DNA of 64,000 bases from NCBI RefSeq assembly GCF_058153355.1, contig NZ_CM177019.1; one strand, 5' to 3'. Every line of letters begins with the position of its first letter. Positions within the stretch are counted from its first letter, which is position 1. Shown piece by piece: positions 11,903 to 22,651 of the stretch. The notes below the pieces were generated by a model. It saw only the letters and a list, made by a program, of their open reading frames with translations. It was not told where the DNA came from and did no database searches. Both the position numbers and the translations under genes were made by a program.

Positions 11903-12388
11903 GATACTGCTCCTTGGGATTAATCGTTTTCGTTTCGATACCCTGTAAAAACGACACCTCAGGAGCAAACTTAAAATCACTATGAAAAAAAATTTCGCCA
12001 CGTATTATCTGATGCCACTTTTAGCTAAAAAAAGCAGAGTTTAAATTCAGATAAAAAGATTATTAGCAATATCTGCCACATGGCCAGGTATCAAAATATG
12101 TCTTTATCAATTGCTTGATATAGTTAAGATTGTCATCAATTAACGCGTTTTCTTCACAATGTACTGATGCCAAAATTTACATTGCGTTGCAAATAGTACA
12201 CATTTGGCTATTGTACCTGTCCTGTCATTTCGTTACATTCCCACGCCATATAGTGATTAAGAATAATCCTATTACCATAAAATATTAATTATCACGCAGA
12301 AAAATCATCTTCTCAGGGACGTATAAGACTGTGCTTTATGTAAAGCACTATCAGGAACCATTTATCCCTTGCTAAGGTAAACTCAACT
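11903..12388. promoter_or_regulatory. AT-rich divergent intergenic control region between the flagellin gene and the ToxR-like regulator gene
   Basis: 486-bp non-coding AT-rich region between divergently oriented genes; no consensus promoter could be pinned down by eye. Confidence 0.3.
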
Positions 12389-13231
12389 ATGAGTATTATT
12401 ATCAACAACTGGCGGATGGACCCGTCACTCAATGCCTTAATACATTGCGAAACGGGTGAAACACGTCGTCTCGGCGAATACCATTTTATTTTGCTGGAAA
12501 CATTAGCAAAAAATGCCGATGTGGTTTTATCACGATCTTATTTATGTGCCGAAGTATGGAAGAACCGCATTGTCGGCGGTAACAGCCTGCCGACGGCGAT
12601 CCACGCTCTGCGCGTTGCCATTGATGATGACGGCAAGCAACAGAACATTATTAAAACTATCCCGAAAAAAGGGTACCTGTGCAATAAAGAATATGTGTCT
12701 TTGCCGGAGTCATCGCCTGCAGAAGCGCTGATTATTACCGACCAGATACAGGATACAGCCCCAGAAGAGATATCTTCGACAACACCGCCTGTACCTGTTA
12801 GAAAAAAACATAAAGGACTGATGGGGTTAGCGTTGGCCGCAGCTGTTATATTTATTGGCTCGACCGTGGGGTATTCACACTTGAAAAGTACACCTGACGC
12901 CCCGCAACTGGTAAAAGAGTCAATTAACAGTCCAAGAATAAAAATATTTCATTTAACTTCTGCTGGAGAAAATAATTCCGTACCGTTACTGTCACAAACC
13001 CTCGCACCAGGAAAAGACAAACTCGATAATTTATTGTCAGCGCATAATATGACAATGACAACCTATTATAAATATGTTCGTAACCGACTGGAGAGTGATA
13101 TTGTTCTGCGCAACCAGTGCAATGGTAGCTGGCAATTAACCTTTAATGTGGAAGGCTGGCAGAACAGTGATATTAATAGCACGATGTATCAGAATTTAGA
13201 GAAGTTGTTAAAGACTGTGCAGAAGTGCTGA
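12389..13231 (+). CDS. ToxR/CadC-like transmembrane transcriptional regulator (winged-helix domain, single TM segment, periplasmic domain)
   Basis: 280-aa ORF; N-terminal OmpR/PhoB-type winged-helix motif, hydrophobic segment LMGLALAAAVIFIGSTVGY; may correspond to the Flag-2 transmembrane regulator. Confidence 0.6.
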   Translation: MSIIINNWRMDPSLNALIHCETGETRRLGEYHFILLETLAKNADVVLSRSYLCAEVWKNRIVGGNSLPTAIHALRVAIDDDGKQQNIIKTIPKKGYLCNKEYVSLPESSPAEALIITDQIQDTAPEEISSTTPPVPVRKKHKGLMGLALAAAVIFIGSTVGYSHLKSTPDAPQLVKESINSPRIKIFHLTSAGENNSVPLLSQTLAPGKDKLDNLLSAHNMTMTTYYKYVRNRLESDIVLRNQCNGSWQLTFNVEGWQNSDINSTMYQNLEKLLKTVQKC

Positions 13232-13246
13232 TGAGTGCCAATATAT

Positions 13247-13283
13247 GCCGGATGCGACGCTAAAGGCGTCTTATCCGGCCTAC
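13247..13283. repeat. REP element
   Basis: gccggatgcgacgctaaaggcgtcttatccggcctac palindromic unit. Confidence 0.8.
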
Positions 13284-13534
13284 GAAAATCCCGAATGAAA
13301 TCAATCGGAATTGCTGATAGTTTTAGTTATTGGTAACTCTAGCTTTTTATTAATGACAGTTTGCCGGAGTCGTTCTGCTTTTTTTATTATTCGCCTACGA
13401 CTTTCAGGGCTTTGCTTATCCATCAGTTGCTTGAGAGTAGCCATTTCATTCCTTTTTTAACCCGCAGAGTTACAGCATATTCTGCACTGAAATGATTTTT
13501 TACGACAACCTCATTTGATTGATTTTCAATAACC

Positions 13535-14512
13535 CTACCCCAATAAATTCCTCACTGTCTGGCTGGAAATTCGCGCCTGACCGTTCACCGCCTGCAATAA
13601 AACCTGATAGTTATGATTGGCGCTGTCGAGCACACCGCCGAGATTTTCCGACGCCTGTACCGCGCTTTCTGTCTGCGGAAAGCGGGACATGCCGTCGATC
13701 AACTGGCGGGCTTTTTCCTGCTGCACCGCCATCTTCGCGCGCTGCTGATTAATGTTTTCTAACGTCTGAGAAATCCCCGCCCCGCCCTGTTGCAGGCTTT
13801 GCGCTAACCGCTCGGCTTCAGAGGGTTCGGCAAAGGTTTTTAGCGGCATAAACGCTGATTTATCGCCATCGGTGCGCACGCTTAAGGTGCGCTCGATATG
13901 GGGCCATTGTTTTTCAGTGGTGGAGAAACTGATGCCATCCGCTTGCTGATGCAGCTGCACGCCTACGCGGCGCAGGGCGTTGGTCAGCCGTGTCTGGTAC
14001 TGCCCGGCGTTATCATCCTCAGACAGCATCACCGCCGAAAGCTGGGTCTGCCGCCCGTCAGAAACGCTGAACATCCGCGTTCCCGGTGTGGGGTTGTTGA
14101 CGAGATTTGCCAGATCCGGCGAGTGAAAGGTCACCCGCGCTTCGCCCTGTAACACCGGCTGCAACTGGCGGTCCACCGCGCCGCCGGAAAGTGCGGTGCG
14201 TTTATCCAGCATCTGCGTGAGCGCCGTACCCTGCGCCTGCCCGCTCTTACGCTGGCTATGACGATAATCGAGCAACTGCTGTTCCAGTTGCCCGAGATAG
14301 TGATCCGCCTGCTGCAAGGTGGTGAGCTGGTCGTTAAGCTGCACGCTGTAACGCTGCGGGCGAGTGGTAATCAGCGGTGAGACCGGATATTCACTCGCCG
14401 TCGCCGGGAGCTTTTGCCGCACCGCCTGAGTGGGCGCAATGGTTGACGACGATACCGCGGCGCTATGCGCGCCGCCGGTGGCGAGTGATGAAGATGTAAG
14501 TCCGACCTGCAT
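13535..14512 (-). CDS. Flagellar-associated protein of unknown function with a flagellin/HAP-like C-terminal helix
   Basis: 325-aa ORF between the FlgL-like gene and the regulator; C-terminus resembles axial-protein export helices. Confidence 0.45.
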   Translation of the reverse strand: MQVGLTSSSLATGGAHSAAVSSSTIAPTQAVRQKLPATASEYPVSPLITTRPQRYSVQLNDQLTTLQQADHYLGQLEQQLLDYRHSQRKSGQAQGTALTQMLDKRTALSGGAVDRQLQPVLQGEARVTFHSPDLANLVNNPTPGTRMFSVSDGRQTQLSAVMLSEDDNAGQYQTRLTNALRRVGVQLHQQADGISFSTTEKQWPHIERTLSVRTDGDKSAFMPLKTFAEPSEAERLAQSLQQGGAGISQTLENINQQRAKMAVQQEKARQLIDGMSRFPQTESAVQASENLGGVLDSANHNYQVLLQAVNGQARISSQTVRNLLG

Positions 14513-14528
14513 ACTGTTCCTGAAAGAG

Positions 14529-15458
14529 TTAGAGAACGCTGAACAAATTCAACTCACTCACCTTCGAGTAAGTCTTGAGGGTAGCTTCCATTGCCACTTC
14601 CAGTCCGGTAAAGGTGATCGACGCCGGGCCGTAATCGAGATCCTGCAATGAACCAATCAACTCATCATTAGATGTCGAGATATCGGTCTGTGCATCGCTC
14701 AACATCGACATGGTGTTTTGTGTCTCGCCGAGCGACGCAATCGAGGCGTTGAGGTCGTCCGAGGCGGTGTCCACCACATTAACGGCGTTCTGAATATCGC
14801 TTTGTACCTGCGGATCTGCCGGGTCAACGTTAGGGTCTTGCAACTCCTGAGAGAGCGAATTGAGCGTGTTGAGTACATCTAAATTGCTGCCAAAGAAATC
14901 ACTCGCCGCCACGTTGGTATCTACTTCGACGCCGTTCGACACCGTAGTCTGGCGATGGTCGCTGTTACCCTGATAGCTGTAGCTATCGGTCACGCCATCA
15001 CCGTCATCGTCCACCGCCACAATCGGCGGTTGATCGTTGATGGTGCCGCCAAAGACGTAATTCCCGTCTTCATCCTGATAGTTGAGCGCCGCCACCATCG
15101 ATTCGGTGAGCGACTCAATATCCTGCCCAAGGCTTGCCAGCGAATTGGCGGTATTGGTGCCGTTCGCTGCTTCCAGCAGGTCGTCGCGCACCGCCAGCAG
15201 GCTGTTGTTGACGCCATCGAGAATCGACTCCTGCTGGCTTAAGCCCGCCGACGCGGAGTCGATATTGCTCTGATACTGCTCAATCGCCGACTGCTGGCGG
15301 TTCAACTGGGTGATTCGTGTGGCGGCGATAGGGTCATCTGATGGCTGCAAAATTTCCTTGCCGGTTGCCATCTGCTCGACCACGTGCGCCAGTTCGCCAG
15401 AAAGATTATTAAAGCTTTGCGTCATCGAGACGTAGGTTTGTTGAGTGGTTACTCGCAT
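14529..15458 (-). CDS. lfgL: FlgL-like hook-associated protein 3
   Basis: FlgL-like sequence; start chosen at MRVTTQQTY (the track ORF extends to 15482). Confidence 0.75.
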   Translation of the reverse strand: MRVTTQQTYVSMTQSFNNLSGELAHVVEQMATGKEILQPSDDPIAATRITQLNRQQSAIEQYQSNIDSASAGLSQQESILDGVNNSLLAVRDDLLEAANGTNTANSLASLGQDIESLTESMVAALNYQDEDGNYVFGGTINDQPPIVAVDDDGDGVTDSYSYQGNSDHRQTTVSNGVEVDTNVAASDFFGSNLDVLNTLNSLSQELQDPNVDPADPQVQSDIQNAVNVVDTASDDLNASIASLGETQNTMSMLSDAQTDISTSNDELIGSLQDLDYGPASITFTGLEVAMEATLKTYSKVSELNLFSVL

Positions 15459-15472
15459 TTTCGCGCTCCCGC

Positions 15473-16849
15473 TTAGCTGCACATTTCCAGCACCGAATCA
15501 AAAATCTCGGCCCCGGCGGAAATGACTTTCAGATTGGCTTCATAAATTTGTTGATAGGTGATCAGGTTCACCGCCTCTTCGTCCATGCTGACGCCGCTGA
15601 CACTGCTCTGCTGGTTTTGCGCCTCAGAATAAACATTGGACGCGGCAGTCACTTCGGTCTGGTTTTGCTGAGTGTAAATGCCGATATTGCTGATGATTGA
15701 CGAGCACGCTTGCCCGACCGTCACGCTGCCGAGGTTGGCTATCTCCAGCGGCTCAGTGGAGATGTTGATCAGCGCCTGCAGGTTGTCACTGTTGCCGCTT
15801 TCGTCCGGCGAACTGGAGAACGCCAGTTCATCAGCGGTGATATCCGGGTTAACGGTCAGCGGGCCATCGGCATTACTGGCATCGTAAATAAACAGCGGCT
15901 CGCCGGGGTTACCGTTGAGATCGTAGCCCTGCGCCAGCTGGTTGTTGACCGCATCGGCAAACTGCGACGCCATGCTGTTGATGGTGTCGGTCAGCGGCGT
16001 CAGGACGTCGTTTTGATAATCAAAAAGTGCGCCTAATGAACCGCCGGTGTCGGTGGTCATCGTCGAGGTGGTTCCGGCGAAGGTCAGCGACATGGTCGGC
16101 GTGCCATCGGCGTTGGTTTCCAGCGCGATGGTCGAGCTTTGCTGCCCGCTCACCAGCGGCTGACCGTTTTGCAGGGTAACGTTGTAGTTGCCCTGGTCGT
16201 CGATATTGACCTGCACATCCATCATTCCGCTGAGTTCTTCCACCATCTGGTCACGGGCGTCGTACAGCGCGGAGGCGTTATCCCCGTTGGCTTCGGCCTG
16301 GGCGATTTGCTGGTTATAGCTGGCGATGCCGCTGGTGAGGGTGTTAATTTGCGACACCATCGCCTGCTGCTGGCTGATGATTTCCGTGCTTTGCGAGTCG
16401 ATGTAATCCAGCGTGTTATCGATACGCAACGACAGCGCCCCGGCTTCGCTGATCACCTGCTCGCGCAGGGCAGAATCATCGGGGCTGGTGGTCGCTTCGT
16501 TGAGGGCCGCGAAAAAGTTATCGAACCCGCCGCTCAGGCTGCTGTTATCGTCGCTCAATACCGCTTCCAGTTGCGTGAGATACCCTTGCTGGGTGTTGTA
16601 ATAGCCGTAATCGCTGGCGGCATACCACACCTGATTCACCTGATACTGGTTGGAGACGCGACGAATGCTGTCGACCTGCACACCGTTTCCGGCGCTGTTC
16701 GGCGACCCGCCGCTGGCACCGATAGTGCTGATCTCCGCCACCTGGCGGGTGTAGCCCGTGGTCATGGCGTTAGCGGTGTTTTGCGCCGTGACGTTCAGCT
16801 CCACCTGCGCGGTTGATGCGCCGCTGTAGCCGATGTTAATCATGTCCAT
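15473..16849 (-). CDS. lfgK: FlgK-like hook-associated protein 1
   Basis: 458-aa ORF with FlgK-like N-terminus (NTANAMTTGYTRQ) and C-terminus. Confidence 0.8.
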   Translation of the reverse strand: MDMINIGYSGASTAQVELNVTAQNTANAMTTGYTRQVAEISTIGASGGSPNSAGNGVQVDSIRRVSNQYQVNQVWYAASDYGYYNTQQGYLTQLEAVLSDDNSSLSGGFDNFFAALNEATTSPDDSALREQVISEAGALSLRIDNTLDYIDSQSTEIISQQQAMVSQINTLTSGIASYNQQIAQAEANGDNASALYDARDQMVEELSGMMDVQVNIDDQGNYNVTLQNGQPLVSGQQSSTIALETNADGTPTMSLTFAGTTSTMTTDTGGSLGALFDYQNDVLTPLTDTINSMASQFADAVNNQLAQGYDLNGNPGEPLFIYDASNADGPLTVNPDITADELAFSSSPDESGNSDNLQALINISTEPLEIANLGSVTVGQACSSIISNIGIYTQQNQTEVTAASNVYSEAQNQQSSVSGVSMDEEAVNLITYQQIYEANLKVISAGAEIFDSVLEMCS

Positions 16850-17042
16850 GTTGGATCCTTACCGGTAAATCGTGCCGGTTAAAAGCGGCGTGAAGTTGGA
16901 GATTCTTAAGTTCCGTAAACCGGGCGCCAGACACCGGATGCAGCCTGCATACGGGCACAAACATAAAAATATGTGCGAACTCGTAGATACTGTTATGGCC
17001 TGCAAGTTTTTTTCTACCCCGGTTTCCCAGATTGCAGGCATG

Positions 17043-18269
<1,227 letters not shown>

Positions 18270-18307
18270 TGATAAGCGTAGCGCATCAGGCAATCTGGCA
18301 CCAGACA

Positions 18308-19021
18308 TCACGCCGCATCACTGTCGGCATCGGGTACGCCAAACTGGCTAATCATGGTGAACGGCACTTCGCCTACACCGGCAACGTTAAGCACCGGAGA
18401 GCTGCCGTCGAGCGGGATGCGCACATCTTCCACTTCGCCGGAGACTTCAATCGGTACTTCTTCTTCCCCGGTATTGGTCACCACCGAGACGTCGTAATCG
18501 CCCGGCGGGATGCCGTAATCCGCCGGGTTAATCGAGAAATCCACTTGGCCTGGCCCAACCGACGAACTCCCTTCCGGGATCAGCGAGACGGTGTAGTCAT
18601 CGCCCGCAGCATCGGTAAAGTGGAGATCGGCGGTGGTACAGGCGTCGTCCAGCGTGGCGCGACCGTTAATGGTCTGGTCACTCACCTGCAAGGCGGTGGT
18701 CTGCACCATAATGTCGTCGCCCACCAGGTTGCCGAGCGCCATCACCTGAATGTTGCTCATCAGCACCGCGTTGGTATTGGCCTGCACGCTCATCTCTTCC
18801 ATCATCGCCACCTGCGCCATCGACGAAAGCTGGTCGATATATTCGGTGGCATCGGTCGGGTCGGTCGGGTCCTGGTTTTGGATCTCAGCGACAAACAGCG
18901 TCAGGAAAGTATCGACGGGCGAGCTATCGCTGCTGCTTGTCGTGTCGCTGGCTGCCACATTATTGCTTTCCGCCGTGGCGGTCGGTTGCGGCGATTGCGC
19001 ATTCAGCGCCAGGGTATTCAT
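18308..19021 (-). CDS. lfgD: FlgD-like hook capping/scaffold protein
   Basis: 237-aa ORF with FlgD N-terminal motif (FLTLFVAEIQNQDPTDP) and C-terminal beta domain. Confidence 0.75.
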   Translation of the reverse strand: MNTLALNAQSPQPTATAESNNVAASDTTSSSDSSPVDTFLTLFVAEIQNQDPTDPTDATEYIDQLSSMAQVAMMEEMSVQANTNAVLMSNIQVMALGNLVGDDIMVQTTALQVSDQTINGRATLDDACTTADLHFTDAAGDDYTVSLIPEGSSSVGPGQVDFSINPADYGIPPGDYDVSVVTNTGEEEVPIEVSGEVEDVRIPLDGSSPVLNVAGVGEVPFTMISQFGVPDADSDAA

Positions 19022-19452
19022 CAGGCTTCTCCCAGTTTCAGCAGGCTTTGCTGCATACTTTTCACGTTGTTGAGCACATCGACGTTGGTTTCAAAATCGC
19101 GCGAGGCCGACATCATGTCCGCCATCTGTTCCACCACGTTGACGTCGGGATACCAGACATCACCGTTGGCATCCGCCAGCGGCGAATGCGGTTCATAGCG
19201 TTTCACCGCCCCGCCGGTTTGCAGCACGTCCTGCACCTGCACGCTGGCGCCGTCGATCGCATGGCGATGCGTTCCCGCCAGCAGGCTGTGGTGATACATC
19301 GCCGCAAACACCGGGCTGCGCGCTTTATACGCCTGCGCCTCGCTGCCGGCGGGCGCATTGGCATTCGCCAGGTTACTGGCAACGGTATTCAGGCGAATGG
19401 TTTGCGCCGTCATCGCCGAGCCGGAAATCTGATAGATATCAGTAAATGACAT
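19021..19452 (-). CDS. lfgC: FlgC-like proximal rod protein
   Basis: 143-aa ORF with FlgC-like N-terminus (ASNLANANAP) and rod C-terminal motif. Confidence 0.8.
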   Translation of the reverse strand: MSFTDIYQISGSAMTAQTIRLNTVASNLANANAPAGSEAQAYKARSPVFAAMYHHSLLAGTHRHAIDGASVQVQDVLQTGGAVKRYEPHSPLADANGDVWYPDVNVVEQMADMMSASRDFETNVDVLNNVKSMQQSLLKLGEA

Positions 19453-19454
19453 GC

Positions 19455-19766
19455 TTATTTCCCTTCAATGGCCTCTCTGATGCCGCTGATTTGCAGATTC
19501 AGAAAGGTCAGACTGCTTTGATAATCCATACTATTTTGTGAAAACCGCGCCTGTTCGCTGTTCAGTTCCACGGTGTTACCATCTTCCGACGGCTGCATCG
19601 GCACGCGATACTGGACATCCACCGCCGCGTTATTTGCCCGTTGCATCTCCCTGGCAAAATCAATATCTTTAGCCTTGAAATTTGGCGTATCGACATTCGC
19701 CAGATTCGCAGTCAGTAGCTCGGTCCTCTCAAGACGTAACTTCACTGCCTGCGGATGTACTCCCAA
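19455..19766 (-). CDS. lfgB: FlgB-like proximal rod protein (short)
   Basis: 103-aa ORF with FlgB-like motifs (ANLANVDTPNFKAKDIDF); in-frame stop 10 nt upstream limits its length. Confidence 0.7.
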   Translation of the reverse strand: MGVHPQAVKLRLERTELLTANLANVDTPNFKAKDIDFAREMQRANNAAVDVQYRVPMQPSEDGNTVELNSEQARFSQNSMDYQSSLTFLNLQISGIREAIEGK

Positions 19767-19871
19767 TGCTTATTGAAAACTGATCCCCATTTCTTGCGCC
19801 ACTCCCGCTTCAATCCGCATACGCTAAGCAATCGCTGCGCCAATTTTTAAGTAACTGATGAGAAAGGGTTT
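19767..19871. promoter_or_regulatory. Divergent intergenic control region between the rod/hook operon and the FlgA/FlgM/FlgN-like operon
   Basis: 105-bp gap between divergent operons; promoter elements not resolved. Confidence 0.3.
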
Positions 19872-20609
19872 ATGAGTTTTCAATTTTGCAGGCGGAAGTT
19901 TTATTTCCTCCTGGCGCTGGCCTTACCGGGCTACGCCGCCGTCCATCCCGTGCAACATAGCGCGCGGGAACAAGTCAACGCCCAGGTGCTGAGCGCCGCC
20001 AGCCAGCAGATTGAATCGCTGGCACAACAGCGGCAGTGGCATGACTATCGCTACACCTTTAAGGTCTACATTCCCTCGCAGATTGCGACCGCCGCGCCCT
20101 GCGCTACGGCCCCCGGCGTCACGCTGACTTCGCCTGCGGAAATCGCTCTCAACCGGATGAACTTCACCGTCAGTTGCCCGCAAAGCTGGCAGATGAACGT
20201 TGCGGTGCGCCCGGATGTTCTGGTGCCGGTGGTGATGGCGAAGTCACTGGTTGCCCGCGATACGCCGCTCACGGCAAATGATGTGGAGCTGAAGCCCTAC
20301 AACGTCAGCGCCCAGCGGCGGGATGTGCTGATGGATCTCAATGATGCGATTGGTTTAAGCAGCAAACATGCCCTGCAACCAGGCAGGCCGCTTACCAAAG
20401 AAGAACTGGTTTCGCCAGTGCTGATCGAGCGCGATCAGCCGGTGATGATTGTTTACCAGAGCGCGGGGATCACCGCCTCGATGCCCGGCGTGGCGCTGAA
20501 AAATGGTCGCAAAGGGGAAATGGTGAAAGTACGTAACGCCAGCAGCCAGCGGGTCATTAGCGCAATAGTGGCGGAAAGCGGCGTGGTGACAACGGTAAGC
20601 GCGGAGTAA
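19872..20609 (+). CDS. lfgA: FlgA-like P-ring assembly chaperone
   Basis: 245-aa ORF with signal peptide and FlgA-like C-terminal domain. Confidence 0.75.
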   Translation: MSFQFCRRKFYFLLALALPGYAAVHPVQHSAREQVNAQVLSAASQQIESLAQQRQWHDYRYTFKVYIPSQIATAAPCATAPGVTLTSPAEIALNRMNFTVSCPQSWQMNVAVRPDVLVPVVMAKSLVARDTPLTANDVELKPYNVSAQRRDVLMDLNDAIGLSSKHALQPGRPLTKEELVSPVLIERDQPVMIVYQSAGITASMPGVALKNGRKGEMVKVRNASSQRVISAIVAESGVVTTVSAE

Positions 20610-20687
20610 TTTACGCAGGCGATTAAAGTTTTGCCGCCTGTTAACCGCTTTACCGGAGTAACCCCCAAATACCAAGACGAGGTTGCG

Positions 20688-20966
20688 ATGAAAATCACCC
20701 CGACGATGCCAGGCAATCGCCCGACAGCCACAACGGCAGGCTCCAGCCAGCCGCGTAAAAGTACGGCGACCACCACCACGACGCTGAGTGCCGACGACAT
20801 TACCCAGGCGGGATTGCAGTCTGCCCAGCAAACGCTGAACGACCAGCAAGAGAGCGATATCGACAGCGATAAAGTGGCGCAAATGCAGGCGATGCTGGCG
20901 TCCGGCAGCCTGCAAGTGGACACCGAACAGTTAGCCAGCGACATGCTGAGTTTTTTCCAGAACTAA
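20688..20966 (+). CDS. lfgM: FlgM-like anti-sigma-28 factor
   Basis: ~92-aa ORF (start MKITPTMPG) with Thr/Ser-rich N-terminus and FlgM-like C-terminus; the track ORF begins at 20631. Confidence 0.7.
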   Translation: MKITPTMPGNRPTATTAGSSQPRKSTATTTTTLSADDITQAGLQSAQQTLNDQQESDIDSDKVAQMQAMLASGSLQVDTEQLASDMLSFFQN

Positions 20967-20978
20967 GAGGCCGATGAA

Positions 20979-21407
20979 GTGAGTATCCGGTTACAACAGG
21001 TGAAGGCGTTGTTGCAGGGAATTCGTGACGACGACGCACTGTACGATTCCCTGCGCGAACTTCTCCAGCATCAGCGGATCTGCATGATTCGCCGCGCCAG
21101 CGAAGAGTTGCTGGCAGTAAACGACGAGATAACGCAGCACTATGAGCAGTTGCATGGGCATAGCCATCAGCGGCACAGCCTGCTGCAACTGCTGGGTGTC
21201 AGCGTAAATCGTGACGGTCTGGCGCAGGTTTTCGCCTGGCTTCCGGCGGTACAAAAAGCGGCAGCACAACAGTTGTGGCAACGCCTGGAGCAAAAAGCGG
21301 AACGCTGCAAAGCCTATAACGATAAAAACGGCGAGCTGTTGATTCGTCAGTATGAATTTATTCAGTCGTTTTTAGGCAGCGAAGCAGATTTTCTGTATCA
21401 GGAATAA
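20979..21407 (+). CDS. lfgN: FlgN-like export chaperone
   Basis: 142-aa helical ORF directly after the FlgM-like gene. Confidence 0.65.
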   Translation: MSIRLQQVKALLQGIRDDDALYDSLRELLQHQRICMIRRASEELLAVNDEITQHYEQLHGHSHQRHSLLQLLGVSVNRDGLAQVFAWLPAVQKAAAQQLWQRLEQKAERCKAYNDKNGELLIRQYEFIQSFLGSEADFLYQE

Positions 21408-21494
21408 CGCGAATACCTTCCCCATAGCGGAAACGGATTTTCCGCCTGATTTCCAATCCTTTGTTTTTGATTAAAAAAATTCCCGGCACGCTTA

Positions 21495-22463
21495 TTGCAG
21501 ATTCCGCAAAGGAATAAAGACTGGAAGCCTCCTATGAGTTTTATTGAATGTTACGAACCGGAATATGTGCGCAATTTTATGGCGCAATATCCCGATTCGC
21601 CTTTATACGTCAGCAAGGTGTGGAAGAATGAGATTCGCCAGAGCCTGGCATTGACCGATATTGCCAGTTGCAAAGCAGTGCTCAACGATGCCAGGGCCTT
21701 TGAATTACAGCTTACCTATCGCCCTGTGGAAGAAAATGCCGCAGCGCTCTCCGCGCGCGATGTGATAGTCAACCAGATAATTTTGAGCACCCTCACGCTC
21801 CCCGATTTAACCCCAGAGCTTTCACTGTATGCCGTCGGGATTTTGCTCTCCCGCGCCCGTAAAATGCCGGGCAGAGACGGCGATACTCTCGCCCGGCTGA
21901 CAGCACTGCCGCAGGCGCTGGCCGATCACGCCCAAATAGGCACGTTACAGGCACAGTTCGCCCAGCTACCGCCTGTGCCACTGCTGGCGCGCCAACTGGT
22001 GACGCTGCTCGGGAGTTTTGCATTTGACTGGTCGATACTGCCAGAAAGCCCGCGCAAAAATTCGCTGCCGTTGCAGGTAACCTTGCTAACGCTGCATGAC
22101 GCCAACAGCGAAGCCCTGATGCAGCAGCAGCTACAGACACAGTGGCAAACTACCTGGCAACAGCATTTTGCCACCGCTCCGTGGATGATGCGTAACTGGC
22201 TGATTTACCGGGTTTATCACGATGTGATTGGCCAGGCAGACGGGGCGGGTTATTTCCCGCTGGTGTGTGACTTTTACCTCATCCGCACGTTAATCAGTTT
22301 ATGGACGCTGGATGATTCACCGCTGCGGCAGGAGGATATTTTCGCCCTCTTCGCGGTGTTTGAACGCTGGCGAGTGAGTGAAAATGCCGTGCTGATTCGC
22401 CAGCAAATTCAGTCATTATGTGCCGCCGACCCGCTGCTTTCAGCGTTTTCGTTGCTGCCGTGA
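21495..22463 (+). CDS. Hypothetical protein inside the Flag-2 locus
   Basis: 322-aa ORF with no motif I recognise; codon usage resembles neighbouring flagellar genes; start may be at MSFIECYEP (21534). Confidence 0.45.
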   Translation: MQIPQRNKDWKPPMSFIECYEPEYVRNFMAQYPDSPLYVSKVWKNEIRQSLALTDIASCKAVLNDARAFELQLTYRPVEENAAALSARDVIVNQIILSTLTLPDLTPELSLYAVGILLSRARKMPGRDGDTLARLTALPQALADHAQIGTLQAQFAQLPPVPLLARQLVTLLGSFAFDWSILPESPRKNSLPLQVTLLTLHDANSEALMQQQLQTQWQTTWQQHFATAPWMMRNWLIYRVYHDVIGQADGAGYFPLVCDFYLIRTLISLWTLDDSPLRQEDIFALFAVFERWRVSENAVLIRQQIQSLCAADPLLSAFSLLP

Positions 22464-22472
22464 GTCGCTCTG

Positions 22473-22604
22473 TGCGCGCTTTGCCCCTCACCCTAACCCT
22501 CTCTCCAAAGGGGCGAGGGAACCGATCGAGCACGGTGTTAAAATCGGCGCTGGTTTTCTCCCTCTCCCTGTGGGAGAGGGCCGGGGTGAGGGGCATCAGC
22601 GCGC
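22473..22604. repeat. GC-rich palindromic intergenic element with terminal inverted repeats (MITE-like)
   Basis: tgcgcgctttgcccctcaccc at the left end is the reverse complement of ggggtgaggggcatcagcgcgca at the right end; internal palindrome ccctctccctgtgggagaggg. Confidence 0.6.
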
Positions 22605-22651
22605 ACATTCAGCACCTCCATCACATTCACCCACTAACTCACCCAAACACC

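Noticed and set aside
11903-12100. Possible sigma-28 promoter (TAAA-N15-GCCGATAA) upstream of lafA
   Set aside because: Only a partial -35-like TTAAGTTTG was found with no convincing GCCGATAA at the right spacing; kept only as a generic control region.
22418-22651. N-terminal extension of the glycosyltransferase ORF (the track starts it at 22418)
   Set aside because: The extension runs through the palindromic intergenic element and overlaps the upstream gene; the ATG at 22652 precedes the first conserved GT2 motif.
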